Under the pieces are notes generated by a model, which saw nothing but the letters and a program-made list of their open reading frames with translations, was not told the DNA's origin and searched no databases. Position numbers and translations under genes: made by a program. A stretch of 64,000 nt of DNA from NCBI RefSeq assembly GCF_024223415.1, contig NZ_CP100501.1; one strand, written 5' to 3'. This document shows, piece after piece, positions 20,401 through 30,274 of this stretch. Each line of letters starts with the position of its first letter. The first letter of the stretch is position 1. This stretch comes from Escherichia coli (GTDB taxonomy: Bacteria > Pseudomonadota > Gammaproteobacteria > Enterobacterales > Enterobacteriaceae).

Positions 20401-21033
20401 ATGGCCTGGATAGTTGGTTTTATTTCTCAGAAAGGTGGTGTGGGCAAAAGCACTAAAGCGAGAGCGTTAGCGCGTGAAGCATCCGCCTGTGGTATCAAAA
20501 CAAAATTAGCTGATCTCGACTTGGAACAGGCAACGAGTGCTGAGTGGCATCGTAGACGTCTGTCAGCTGGTTTGTCACCGGTTGCTTCAGTTGAAGTGTT
20601 TTCAACAGCAAAGCAGGCGATAGAATCTGCCGGCGATTTTGACCTTCTGATTCTTGATGGCCCTGCTCGTGCAAGTAAAGGTACTTCAGAAATTGCTAAG
20701 GTCGCCGACCTTATCGTCCAGCCAACGGGGGCCTCCCTTGACGATCTTGTCCCGGCAATTAAAGTTTTCAACGCGTTGGTAAAAGAAGGTATACCACGTT
20801 CAAAACTGGTCTTCGCTTTAAGCCGGGTAGGTACCGAAGCGGAAGAGCTGGATGCTCGTGCATATATCAGTGAAGCAGGTTATGAAACTTTATCTGGATG
20901 CCTTTTTGAGAAGCCAGCATACAGAAAAGCGATGAATTCAGGACTCGCTGTGACAGAAACACGTTATAAAGGTTTAAACGAGAGAGCTGATGAACTTATC
21001 CAGGCACTCATCGATAAGATTGGAGAAGAGTAA
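20401..21033 (+). CDS. parA: ParA-family partition ATPase (small type Ib)
   Basis: Deviant Walker A KGGVGKST at the N-terminus; 210 aa. Confidence 0.85.
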   Translation: MAWIVGFISQKGGVGKSTKARALAREASACGIKTKLADLDLEQATSAEWHRRRLSAGLSPVASVEVFSTAKQAIESAGDFDLLILDGPARASKGTSEIAKVADLIVQPTGASLDDLVPAIKVFNALVKEGIPRSKLVFALSRVGTEAEELDARAYISEAGYETLSGCLFEKPAYRKAMNSGLAVTETRYKGLNERADELIQALIDKIGEE

Positions 21034-21407
21034 TGGCTGATGCGTCAAAACTTAGAACTAAAAGAACCCGTAGTGGGTTGGGGGTACCCCCGGGCCCCGA
21101 CGAAGTGGCTACCAGCTTGAATGCGCCTGAGATAGCTCCGGCTGTCGCTGCCACTGATGTTCAGAGACAACAGGCAGACTCATCGCCAGTGCACCATGAG
21201 CCTGTGGTTACGCAAACTGTGACCGAGGTATATACCCGCCGCGATGGCCGTTCTGCCAGAAAAACAAACAGGACGCTGGCATTTGCAACACGTGTCACAC
21301 CTGCTTTCGACCAAGAGATCCGGGATATCGCAGAGCGTGAGGGGTTGAAACTGGTGGAAGTTCTGGAAAAAGCAGTTGAGGCATATAAGGAAAAACAGGG
21401 CTATTAA
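21033..21407 (+). CDS. Putative centromere-binding partner of ParA (ParG/ParB-like)
   Basis: 124-aa ORF directly after parA (ATGA overlap), followed by a second repeat block. Confidence 0.5.
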   Translation: MADASKLRTKRTRSGLGVPPGPDEVATSLNAPEIAPAVAATDVQRQQADSSPVHHEPVVTQTVTEVYTRRDGRSARKTNRTLAFATRVTPAFDQEIRDIAEREGLKLVEVLEKAVEAYKEKQGY

Positions 21408-21409
21408 TC

Positions 21410-21500
21410 CGGGATGCAGCAATCTTGCTGCATTCTTTTTTTGTGTGCAATCTTGCAGCAAGATTTATGCTAGATAAATGCTAGATTGCTGCAAGATAAA
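21410..21500. repeat. Second block of GCAATCTTGC-type repeats, upstream of stbA
   Basis: gcagcaatcttgctgcattc ... tgcaatcttgcagcaagattt ... ctagattgctgcaagataaa. Confidence 0.5.
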
Positions 21501-21645
21501 TGATATAATGCTCAAATTGAGTAGTTAACTGCCCCAGGTAAGTACGCAGCTTGAGTACTTACCTGTGGTTTATGAACGTATTTACTTAATGTGAGTAGTT
21601 ATTGGGTGAAGATTAATACTCAAATTGAGTATAAATGGAGATGGT

Positions 21646-22620
21646 ATGAGAATTTTTTGCGATGATGGTTCTACAAATGTGAAACTTGCCTGGTTTGAAG
21701 GCAAGACGCTGAAAAGTGCGGTATCAGTGAACTCTTTTCGCCATAACTGGAAAGTCGAGGGCTTAGGCAGCAGTCGTACCTATAACTATTTGCTTGATGG
21801 CCGTAAATATACCTACGACCCGGTCAGCGAAGATGCGATCAGCACGACTCATATTGAGTATCAGTACTCTGATACAAATGTGTTGGCAGTTCACCACGCA
21901 TTACTGAACAGTGGAATTGAACCCCAGGAGATCGATCTCACCGTTACGTTACCTATCAGCGAGTTTTACACGGCCGACTGCCAGAAAAATACGCTTAACA
22001 TTGAGAGAAAAATTCGCAACCTGATGCGGGAAGTCACCCTGAACAAAGGGGGAACTTTTACCATTAAAAGCGTTGAAGTGATGCCTGAATCACTCCCGGC
22101 TGTATTTACTCGCCTAGTTGCTGACAATGTTGGTCAGTACGAAAAATCATTGGTTATCGATCTCGGTGGTACAACTCTGGATGTCGGGGTTATTGTTGGC
22201 CAGTTTGAGGATGTTTCGGCTGTACATGGTAATCCTGATATTGGTGTATCAATGGTCACGAAAGCCACGCTCACTGCACTGAAAATGGCCAGCAGTGATA
22301 CCAGTCCAATGATTGCTGACGAGTTGATCAAAAACAGGAAGAACCTGGATTTTGTGGGGCAGGTTGTAAATGAGGTTTCTAAACTAAATCTGGTGCTGGA
22401 TACCATTGATACAGCGATAAATAAACTGGGCGAGCTAGTTGTTGATGATTTGCTGCAGTATCGAAACGTAAACCGCGTATATATTGTCGGAGGCGGGGCT
22501 GCACTCATTGCTGATGCTGTTCGTAAGGCATGGAACCACCTTGGCGAAAAGGTGGTTCTTATGGATGAACCTCAGACAGCGCTGGTCCAGGCTATTGCAC
22601 GCTTCAAAGCGGAGGAGTAA
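21646..22620 (+). CDS. stbA: Actin-like segregation ATPase StbA/ParM
   Basis: MRIFCDDGSTNVKLAW N-terminus (actin-fold phosphate-1 motif); start at ATG 21646 with GGAG RBS. Confidence 0.85.
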   Translation: MRIFCDDGSTNVKLAWFEGKTLKSAVSVNSFRHNWKVEGLGSSRTYNYLLDGRKYTYDPVSEDAISTTHIEYQYSDTNVLAVHHALLNSGIEPQEIDLTVTLPISEFYTADCQKNTLNIERKIRNLMREVTLNKGGTFTIKSVEVMPESLPAVFTRLVADNVGQYEKSLVIDLGGTTLDVGVIVGQFEDVSAVHGNPDIGVSMVTKATLTALKMASSDTSPMIADELIKNRKNLDFVGQVVNEVSKLNLVLDTIDTAINKLGELVVDDLLQYRNVNRVYIVGGGAALIADAVRKAWNHLGEKVVLMDEPQTALVQAIARFKAEE

Positions 22621-22623
22621 TCG

Positions 22624-23016
22624 ATGTACGACGGCGAAGAAAGGAAAAAACTTTCACTCTACCTTCACCCGGAGGACTCTGCCGATTGTCTTGCACTGGC
22701 TGAAATCGAAACTGTTCCCCGGAAAAAACGGGGGGAGTTATATCGGCAGGCTTTGATAACCGGCCTGATAATGCATCAGCTTGATGAGAGAATTCCCGCC
22801 GTGTTAACCGCGCTATTCACCAGAGAACTGAATGCGGATGAGGTCATTAGTCAGATTGCCAGGATAACAGGCTGGAAACCCTCCTCCGGTGATTTAAAAG
22901 AGGTACTGAAGGCGTTGGGAGGGCTTCAGAGTACAGTTTCACCAGAACTCTCTCAGGATGACGGTGAACAGGCCCGTCTGAAAGCGGCTAGGGTGAAGAT
23001 GCAAAAGCTAATCTAA
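22624..23016 (+). CDS. stbB: StbB/ParR-like partition adaptor
   Basis: 130-aa ORF immediately downstream of stbA. Confidence 0.6.
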   Translation: MYDGEERKKLSLYLHPEDSADCLALAEIETVPRKKRGELYRQALITGLIMHQLDERIPAVLTALFTRELNADEVISQIARITGWKPSSGDLKEVLKALGGLQSTVSPELSQDDGEQARLKAARVKMQKLI

Positions 23017-23171
23017 AAAAGTCTCGCTCCGTGAAACCTGCAAAATTTCTCGGGGTGTGCGGCTTAATTTTTAGATTTCCGCGTTTCCCGTCATTTGAGT
23101 CAATGGAGTGCTGGTTGACAGCTCCCTGCTCTGAAGGACGGGGATTCCCACATATGCAGCCAGATTTCCGG

Positions 23172-23279
23172 CTAGTGTGGTTTCAGACGTTGTTCGATTT
23201 CATTCTGTAGCGCCTGAAGTGTGCCTGATTTGAGGTTTTTTGTGCTCTGGCGGTCGAAAAGAATTTCAATGCGGATCAT
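23172..23279 (-). CDS. DinI/ImpC-like small ORF, apparently truncated (35 codons)
   Basis: MIRIEILFDRQSTKNLKSGTLQALQNEIEQRLKPH resembles the DinI N-terminus; GGGAGA RBS; LexA box just upstream. Confidence 0.35.
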   Translation of the reverse strand: MIRIEILFDRQSTKNLKSGTLQALQNEIEQRLKPH

Positions 23280-23300
23280 GTTCTCATCTCCCTTTTATTT

Positions 23301-23320
23301 TACTGTGTATATATACAGTA
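23301..23320. promoter_or_regulatory. LexA (SOS) box
   Basis: TACTGTGTATATATACAGTA, one mismatch from the CTGT-N8-ACAG consensus palindrome. Confidence 0.65.
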
Positions 23321-23672
23321 TTCTAATAACTGAATCCACACACAGTCAAATGTCATTGTTGTGACTAAAAAACGCTCAATTCTCTGAGAGTGTGGCTGTA
23401 TGCCTGCTGTGGACTGCTGTGTCCAGCTTATCCACAGCATTTTGTGCACGGTTCTGTGGACAAAATACCTGGTTACCCAGGCCGTGCCGGCACGTTAACC
23501 GGGCTGCATCCGATGCAAGTGTGTCGCTGTCGCCGGCCTTCTCACCCGGTCACGTTTCGTCGTTCCTCCTCCACGAGCTGCGGCTTCGGGGCCGCACCTG
23601 CATTCGTATGCGGTCGCCCGGTTACAGGTGCGGCACGGCCTGATGGAGGCCGCATGTGAGAGGAGAATTCCC

Positions 23673-24599
23673 ATGCCAAACTGGTGCTCAAATCGTATGT
23701 ATTTTTCTGGTGAACCGGCACAGATTGCTGAGATTAAACGACTGGCCAGCGGTGCAGTCACACCGTTTTATCGCCGCGCCACAAATGAAGGTATTCAGCT
23801 GTTTCTGGCCGGAAGTGCCGGACTTCTGCAGACCACTGAAGATGTGCGGTTTGAACCATGTCCCGGACTGACGGCTGCCGGACGTGGCGTTGTATCGCCG
23901 GAGAATATCGCGTTCACCCGCTGGCTGACATACCTGCAGGACGGTGTACTGCTGGATGAGCAAAACTGCCTGATGCTGCATGAACTCTGGCTGCAGAGCG
24001 GTACTGGACAGCGTCGCTGGGAAGGATTACCGGACGATGTCAGGGATACCATCACCGCACTTTTCACCGCAAAAAGAGGTGACTGGTGTGGCTTCTGGAG
24101 TAACGAAGATGTATCGGTGTGGTGGAACCGTCTGTGTGACAACGTACTGCCGGAAAAAACCATGCCGTTTGACCTGCTGACGGTTCTGCCCACCCGCCTG
24201 GATGTTGAAGTGAATGGCTTTAACGGTGGTGTTCTGAACGGTGTTCCTTCTGCATATCACTGGTATACGGAACGGTATGGCGTGAAGTGGCCTGTGGGGT
24301 ATGAGGTGAATATCAGTAATCAGGGAGACAACTTCATTAAGGTGGATTTCGACACGCCGTGGTGTCAGCCGGAAAGCGACGTTATTGCAGAATTAAGCCG
24401 CCGTTTCAGCTGCACGCTGGAGCACTGGTATGCCGAACAGGGCTGTGATTTCTGTGGCTGGCAGTTGTATGAGCGCGGAGAGCTCGTTGATGTGCTGTGG
24501 GGGGAACTGGAATGGTCTTCCCCGACAGATGACGATGAGCTGCCGGAAGTCACCGGACCTGCGTGGATAGTCGACAATGTGGCGCATTATGGCGGATGA
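23673..24599 (+). CDS. Hypothetical leading-region protein
   Basis: Start MPNWCSNRMYF at ATG 23673 with GAGAGGAG RBS; conserved-looking, function unknown. Confidence 0.6.
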   Translation: MPNWCSNRMYFSGEPAQIAEIKRLASGAVTPFYRRATNEGIQLFLAGSAGLLQTTEDVRFEPCPGLTAAGRGVVSPENIAFTRWLTYLQDGVLLDEQNCLMLHELWLQSGTGQRRWEGLPDDVRDTITALFTAKRGDWCGFWSNEDVSVWWNRLCDNVLPEKTMPFDLLTVLPTRLDVEVNGFNGGVLNGVPSAYHWYTERYGVKWPVGYEVNISNQGDNFIKVDFDTPWCQPESDVIAELSRRFSCTLEHWYAEQGCDFCGWQLYERGELVDVLWGELEWSSPTDDDELPEVTGPAWIVDNVAHYGG

Positions 24600-24981
24600 A
24601 GTATGACGGAGACGGGCGGGCAACTGCCCGTTTCTTTTCCGGTAAAGGATGTCGCCATGCTCCTCTTTTTACTGCGCCGGCTGACGCGGCGCGGCATAAA
24701 CGCTGCCTGTGGTCAGTGTCCCGCGTCCGGTGGGCACGGGACGGGCGCTTTTACCGCTCCCGGCTGGCGTCGGTGACAGTGTACGCCAGCCTGTCGCCCT
24801 TTTCTGATGAACGCCCTTCAAGCCGCTTTCGCGGCATAACCTTGCCGTCAAACAGACGACGGCTGCGGTATTCCACGGTCGGCCTGACCCGTTACCGGAC
24901 GCGGTGAACAGCCCACAGGCAGCGGGGAACGGGCACCACAGGGGTGCCCTCCCGGTGCCCCCTGTAAGAGAAGGAGCTGTT

Positions 24982-25665
24982 ATGTCCCGTTTTATCCTGG
25001 GTGACTGCGTGCGTGTTATGGCCACGATTCCTGATAACGCCATTGATTTCATATTAACCGATCCGCCATATCTCGTCGGTTTCCGTGACCGTTCCGGGCG
25101 CACCATTGCCGGTGACGTTAATGATGACTGGCTGCAACCGGCCTGTAATGAGATGTACCGCGTACTCAAAAAAGACGCGCTGATGGTCAGCTTCTACGGC
25201 TGGCACCGTATTGACCGCTTTATGGCGGCCTGGAAACGCGCCGGATTCAGCGTGGTTGGCCACCTGGTCTTCACCAAAAACTACACATCCAAATCTGCGT
25301 ATGTCGCGTACCGCCACGAATGCGCTTACATCCTGGCAAAGGGCAGTCCGGCCCGGCCCCGTAACCCGCTGCCGGATGTGCTGGGCTGGAAATATTCGGG
25401 CAACCGCCATCACCCGACGGAAAAGCCCGTTACCAGCCTGCAACCGCTGATTGAGAGCTTCACACATCCGAACGCGATTGTGCTGGATCCGTTTGCAGGC
25501 AGCGGTTCAACCTGCGTGGCCGCCCTTCAGTCCGGACGCCGGTATATCGGTATCGAGCTGCTTGAACAGTATCACCGTGCCGGACAGCAACGACTGGCCG
25601 CCGTGCAACGGGCCATGCAGCAGGGGGCCGCGAATGATAACTGGTTTATGCCGGAGGCTGCGTAA
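24982..25665 (+). CDS. Orphan DNA methyltransferase (N6-adenine/N4-cytosine class, beta-group order)
   Basis: DPPY motif near the N-terminus and FAGSGST near the C-terminus; start MSRFILGD with GAAGGAG RBS; no adjacent restriction gene. Confidence 0.85.
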   Translation: MSRFILGDCVRVMATIPDNAIDFILTDPPYLVGFRDRSGRTIAGDVNDDWLQPACNEMYRVLKKDALMVSFYGWHRIDRFMAAWKRAGFSVVGHLVFTKNYTSKSAYVAYRHECAYILAKGSPARPRNPLPDVLGWKYSGNRHHPTEKPVTSLQPLIESFTHPNAIVLDPFAGSGSTCVAALQSGRRYIGIELLEQYHRAGQQRLAAVQRAMQQGAANDNWFMPEAA

Positions 25666-25887
25666 ATGAACTATGCCGGACACGAAAAACTTCGCGCCGA
25701 CGTGGCGGAGGTGGCCAATGCCATGTGCGACCTGCGTACAACCATGAATGAGATGGAGCGGCGGTACAGCTTTAATGCTGACACCCTGCCGGAACGTCTG
25801 GTGCGTCAGACGTTGTTTCGCGCAAACCGCCTCCTGATGGAGGCATATACCGAAATTCTGGAACTGGATTCCTGCTTCAAAGATTGA
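25666..25887 (+). CDS. Hypothetical small protein
   Basis: 73-aa ORF tightly packed after the methyltransferase. Confidence 0.5.
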   Translation: MNYAGHEKLRADVAEVANAMCDLRTTMNEMERRYSFNADTLPERLVRQTLFRANRLLMEAYTEILELDSCFKD

Positions 25888-25900
25888 GAAGGAGACGAGA

Positions 25901-26335
25901 ATGTACGGAACATGCGAAACGCTATGCCGGGCGCTGGCAGCAAAGTATCCGGGAGATACGCCGCTGATGCTGGTTATCTGGTCCCCGGAAGAAATTCAGG
26001 CCCTCGCTGACGGAATGGATATTTCCCTGTCCGATCATGAAATCAGGACTGTCCTGGCGCGGCTGGCGGACATCCCGGAAGACCAGCGGACTGAGTCCGG
26101 TATTTCTTCCGGCGTGGCGATGGAGATTATCAGCAACGTGAGCGAAAACCGCCAGGTGACCGTCCCGGCTGAACTGCTGGCGTCCCTGATTCAGACCGCC
26201 GAACAGGCACTGTGGAAACGTGAATGGGCCGCCCGTGATTACGGCCTCGCCGTCCCGGAATGCGTCACCCGCCGTCAGGCGGTGGTTAATCAGGCCCGCA
26301 TCCTGCTGAAAAACAACCCACACGAAAACGACTGA
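25901..26335 (+). CDS. Hypothetical leading-region protein
   Basis: 144-aa ORF; shares a ...R.VTVPA.LL... block with the ORF at 28037..28456. Confidence 0.55.
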   Translation: MYGTCETLCRALAAKYPGDTPLMLVIWSPEEIQALADGMDISLSDHEIRTVLARLADIPEDQRTESGISSGVAMEIISNVSENRQVTVPAELLASLIQTAEQALWKREWAARDYGLAVPECVTRRQAVVNQARILLKNNPHEND

Positions 26336-26379
26336 TGTTATCGCCGCCTTCGGGCGGCGATTCAGGGAGACCATGAATC

Positions 26380-27150
26380 ATGAACAAAACGCTGAATGCA
26401 CTGGTTTGTCACCACGCCCGTAACCTGCTGCTGGCGCAGGGCTGGCCGGAAGAGACGGATGTTGACCAGCGTAACCCGAAGTATCCGGGCTGGATCAGCA
26501 TTTATGTTCTGCTGGATGCGCCCCGGCTGGCGACGTTACTTATCAACCGTCACGGCGGCGTACTGCCGCCGCTCCTGGCCTCCGCCATTCACAAACTGAC
26601 CGGAACCGGGGCGGAAGTTGTACTGTCCGGCAGTCAGTGGCAGTCGCTGCCGGTACTTCCGGCAGACGGAACGCAGGTGTCTTTCCCGTATGCCGGAGAA
26701 TGGCTGACCGAAGACGAAATCAGGGCAGTTCTTGATGCAGTGCGCGATGCGGTACGCAGTGTCAGTTGCCGGGTGACAGAAGATGCGCGGCGTATCAGGG
26801 CGGCGCTGACCACAACCGGTCAGACGTTGCTGACCCGCCAGACGCGGCGCTTTCGCCTGGTTGTGAAGGAAAGCGATCACCCCTGCTGGCTCGATGAAGA
26901 CGACGAAAACCTGCCCGTGGTGCTCGATGCCATCCTGAACCGGGGCGCTCGTTTTTCTTCGGTGGAAATGTATCTGGTCAGTGAGTGTGTGGAGCATATC
27001 CTGTCCAGTGGGCTGGCCTGCGATGTGCTGCGTATACCGGATGAACCGCCCCGCCGGTGGTTTGACCGTGGTGTTCTGCGGGAGGTGGTCCGGGAAGCCC
27101 GGGCCGAAATCCGCAGCATGGCGGATGCCCTGGCAAAAATCCGGAAATGA
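26380..27150 (+). CDS. Hypothetical leading-region protein
   Basis: 256-aa ORF with RBS. Confidence 0.55.
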   Translation: MNKTLNALVCHHARNLLLAQGWPEETDVDQRNPKYPGWISIYVLLDAPRLATLLINRHGGVLPPLLASAIHKLTGTGAEVVLSGSQWQSLPVLPADGTQVSFPYAGEWLTEDEIRAVLDAVRDAVRSVSCRVTEDARRIRAALTTTGQTLLTRQTRRFRLVVKESDHPCWLDEDDENLPVVLDAILNRGARFSSVEMYLVSECVEHILSSGLACDVLRIPDEPPRRWFDRGVLREVVREARAEIRSMADALAKIRK

Positions 27151-27217
27151 TGACGCTGGCGGGGAAAAATCTCCGCCTTTTCCAGCCGGTCCCCGGAAAG
27201 AGCAAAAGGATGTCGCC

Positions 27218-27548
27218 GCAGGCTCCGCTTTACTCGGCCATGCGGGGCATGGCCTTGTGGGTTTTCAGTTATGTGGCCTCAGCGTCGTGTGCGGGCTGTG
27301 CCGTGCCTCCATCGTAGCCGGGCTTCTGCGGGCGGGTTGCAAGGTAAGGTGAACCGCTGCGGTCACCCGGTCCCTCCTTCCCGTCTGCCGTGATTTTCCG
27401 GTCGTTCACCCGCTCAGATTTCGCGGTCTCACCCTCCAACTCCCGCCAGCCGTGTGCGTCAGGCTGCGGCTTCCCTTGCGCCCTTGCAACCCTGCAGGCC
27501 CGGCAAAGATGGAGGCACGGCACCGCCCGGTGTCGCGGAATATGTGAA
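27218..27548 (+). repeat. Leading-region repeat family A, copy 1 (single-strand promoter-like)
   Basis: About 330 bp, near-identical by eye to 34139..34478; ends about 17 bp before the klcA start. Confidence 0.6.
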
Positions 27549-27564
27549 CAACGGAGGAAATCCC

Positions 27565-27990
27565 ATGCAGTATGCGAAACCTGTCACCCTGAACGTTGAA
27601 GAGTGCGACCGCCTTTCTTTTCTGCCTTACCTGTTTGGCAACGATTTTCTGTATGCCGAGGCGTATGTGTACGCGCTGGCGCAAAAAATGATGCCGGAAT
27701 ATCAGGGAGGCTTCTGGCATTTCATCCGCCTGCCGGACGGTGGCGGTTACATGATGCCGGATGGCGACCGTTTTCATCTGGTCAACGGTGAAAACTGGTT
27801 TGACCGCACTGTGAGTGCTGATGCCGCAGGCATCATTGTTACGTCTCTTGTGATTAACCGCCAGTTGTGGCTGTACCACGACAGCGGGGATGCGGGACTG
27901 ACACACCTGTACCGGATGCGTGATGCGCAGTTGTGGCGTCACATCGAATTTCACCCCGAATGCAACGCGATTTACGCGGCACTGGACTGA
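27565..27990 (+). CDS. klcA: Antirestriction protein KlcA/ArdB family
   Basis: MQYAKPVTLNVEECDRLSFLPYLFGNDFLYAE... with GGAGGA RBS. Confidence 0.85.
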   Translation: MQYAKPVTLNVEECDRLSFLPYLFGNDFLYAEAYVYALAQKMMPEYQGGFWHFIRLPDGGGYMMPDGDRFHLVNGENWFDRTVSADAAGIIVTSLVINRQLWLYHDSGDAGLTHLYRMRDAQLWRHIEFHPECNAIYAALD

Positions 27991-28036
27991 TTAACGGACG
28001 GGGCGGCAATGCCGCCCCTGTAAAGGAGACGAGAAC

Positions 28037-28456
28037 ATGTACTGTACTGTTAAAGAAATTATCCGCGAAGTGCTGAATACAGACGTGCCGGACAGTGAAT
28101 GTGTTTTTGCCGTGGTGCTGACCCGCGGGGATGTGCGCCACATAGCCCGGGACTGGAACCTGTCAGACGATGAGCTGGAAACCGTCATGCAGCGGCTGGA
28201 CGATGCTTTTGTATATGGCGCATGTGACAGAGTTGTTTCCGATATTGTCAATGAACTGATGGAGGAAAAGCGCGTAAACCGTCTTGTAACAGTTCCTGCG
28301 GTGCTGCTGGAAAAAGTGATGGTGATGGCTGGTAGTGAAATTTATCGCCTCCATGCTGTAGGGAGCGAGAACGGGGGCGACGGTGACGCATTTGTCAGGG
28401 AAGAACGTGAGATTATGCGGGTAATGCGTCAGGCGCTGGACGGGGAGAACGGGTAA
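28037..28456 (+). CDS. Hypothetical leading-region protein
   Basis: 139-aa ORF, paralog-like to 25901..26335. Confidence 0.55.
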   Translation: MYCTVKEIIREVLNTDVPDSECVFAVVLTRGDVRHIARDWNLSDDELETVMQRLDDAFVYGACDRVVSDIVNELMEEKRVNRLVTVPAVLLEKVMVMAGSEIYRLHAVGSENGGDGDAFVREEREIMRVMRQALDGENG

Positions 28457-28647
28457 TGAATATCAGCACGGAAACCCGCGAAATTCTGCGTAATTACAGG
28501 GCCGTGATTAATGCGCGGCGTCGTGAAATGGGGCAGAAACCGCTCACCACCGCGCAGATTGTTGATGAAATCTGTGATTTTGTGGCGAATCAGCAGGCGG
28601 TTTTCCTCGGTGGTCACTATATCCTTCAGGGCAGCAGGCACAGGTGA
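28456..28647 (+). CDS. Hypothetical small protein
   Basis: 63-aa ORF overlapping the upstream stop. Confidence 0.4.
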   Translation: MNISTETREILRNYRAVINARRREMGQKPLTTAQIVDEICDFVANQQAVFLGGHYILQGSRHR

Positions 28648-28832
28648 TACAGGGGCAGGCGGTGGAGGCCGCCTGTCAGCCCGCGCGAAAACCCCTGGCA
28701 GGCTGGCGCCTGCCGGAAGGGATGCGGGCCACGCTGGCGCGTCGCCCGTTACCCTTCCTGTTGGTGACAGGCGTTGTTTCAGGAAGTACCTGTTACAGAC
28801 CTGTCGTTAAAGAACCTTCTTACACATGCGCC

Positions 28833-29395
28833 CCTTCGGCTCCCGGCTGCCTGGCGGCATCCGGTCGTCAGGCCCGACTCCGACAGGCAGCTGCTGGCGC
28901 ACCCGCCAGTCTCCGCCGAACCCGCTGGCGCGGTTTCGGGCTGTCGCTACGGTCCGATGCGTGAAAACCCGGGCTTGCAGCGACCGTTCCGGTCGCGCCG
29001 CCTCTGTCGCGCCGTGACCTGCGCTCCCTGCACACCTGACGGTGTGTGAGGAAACTGCGCCTGATGGCGCAGCAGTCCTCCCTCCTGCCGCCACCTCTGC
29101 GGCCTGTTTCCCGCTGTGGACTTTCCGGGGGGCAGACGTAACCCCCTCCCGTTCCATCTGTCCAGGGTGAGATGCACCGGCCACAAAATTTTTAGCCATG
29201 AACCCGGCAAAAAATTTTGCGTCCGCCCCCGGACAGCTGCCCCGTGAGGCGGTAAACGGGCCCCCATCGGAAAGGTCCACTGCGGGGAGAAACCCCTGTG
29301 AAGTGGACGGCAGGAGGAGCTTTCGCTCCTCTGAAGGGGCACATGAACGTCCCGTCGCCGGTATCCGGTTTATCTCACATCTTTCAGTCAGGAGG
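28833..29395 (+). repeat. Leading-region repeat family B, copy 1 (single-strand promoter-like), upstream of ssb
   Basis: About 560 bp GC-rich block, highly similar by eye to 35179..35720 and, over its 3' about 360 bp, to 38229..38585. Confidence 0.6.
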
Positions 29396-29400
29396 TTCTT

Positions 29401-29922
29401 ATGAGTGCACGTGGTATCAACAAGGTCATCCTCGTCGGGCGTCTGGGCAATGATCCGGAAGTCTGTTACATCCCCAACGGGGGCGCAGTGGCAAACCTGC
29501 AGGTCGCCACGTCAGAAAGCTGGCGCGACAAACAGACGGGGGAGATGCGGGAGCAGACGGAATGGCACCGCGTGGTGCTGTTCGGCAAGCTCGCGGAAGT
29601 GGCTGGTGAATATCTGCGCAAGGGCGCGCAGGTCTACATCGAGGGGCAACTCCGTACCCGTAGCTGGGAGGATAACGGTATCACCCGTTACGTCACTGAA
29701 ATTCTTGTTAAGACCACGGGCACCATGCAGATGCTGGGGAGTGCACCACAGCAGAACGCTCAGGCGCAACCGAAGCCTCAGCAGAATGGGCAGCCACAGA
29801 GTGCTGACGCGACGAAAAAAGGTGGCGCGAAAACGAAAGGCCGTGGACGTAAGGCCGCGCAGCCGGAGCCTCAGCAGCCGTCTGAACCCGCGTATGACTT
29901 CGATGACGACATTCCGTTCTAA
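29401..29922 (+). CDS. ssb: Single-stranded DNA-binding protein
   Basis: [21 protein letters not shown]... OB-fold N-terminus, acidic C-terminal tail DFDDDIPF. Confidence 0.95.
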   Translation: MSARGINKVILVGRLGNDPEVCYIPNGGAVANLQVATSESWRDKQTGEMREQTEWHRVVLFGKLAEVAGEYLRKGAQVYIEGQLRTRSWEDNGITRYVTEILVKTTGTMQMLGSAPQQNAQAQPKPQQNGQPQSADATKKGGAKTKGRGRKAAQPEPQQPSEPAYDFDDDIPF

Positions 29923-29950
29923 CGAAAGACAGTGACAACCGCCCCGTCCA

Positions 29951-30211
29951 GTGCGGGGCATCACCGGAGAGATGAGGATGAGCGAATATTTCAGAATACT
30001 TCAGGGACTGCCTGACGGTCCTTTTACCCGCAAACATGCCGAAGCCGTTGCCGCACAGTACCGGAATGTCTTTATCGAGGATGATCAGGGAACGCATTTT
30101 CGCCTGGTTGTCCGCAATAACAGTGGCCTGGTCTGGCGTACCTGGAATTTTGAGGACGGTGCCGGGTACTGGATGAACCATGCCATCCGTGATTTCGGCA
30201 TTCTTAAGTAA
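29951..30211 (+). CDS. Hypothetical small protein
   Basis: 86-aa ORF between ssb and the ParB-like gene. Confidence 0.5.
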   Translation: MRGITGEMRMSEYFRILQGLPDGPFTRKHAEAVAAQYRNVFIEDDQGTHFRLVVRNNSGLVWRTWNFEDGAGYWMNHAIRDFGILK

Positions 30212-30274
30212 GAGAGGTGCCGGACGGGAACGCGTCCGGCAGACATACAACCATCCCGGTCAAAGGAGAAATAT

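Noticed and set aside
20040-21500. Possible iteron-type replication origin
   Set aside because: No replication initiator gene is adjacent; the repeats flank partition genes and fit centromere/operator sites better.
28644-29342. ORFs of 90-250 aa inside the leading-region repeats (also 34998..35741, 35113..35619, 38211..38585)
   Set aside because: They recur in different frames in each repeat copy, have no RBS, and are compositionally biased; the repeats are better read as structured non-coding DNA.
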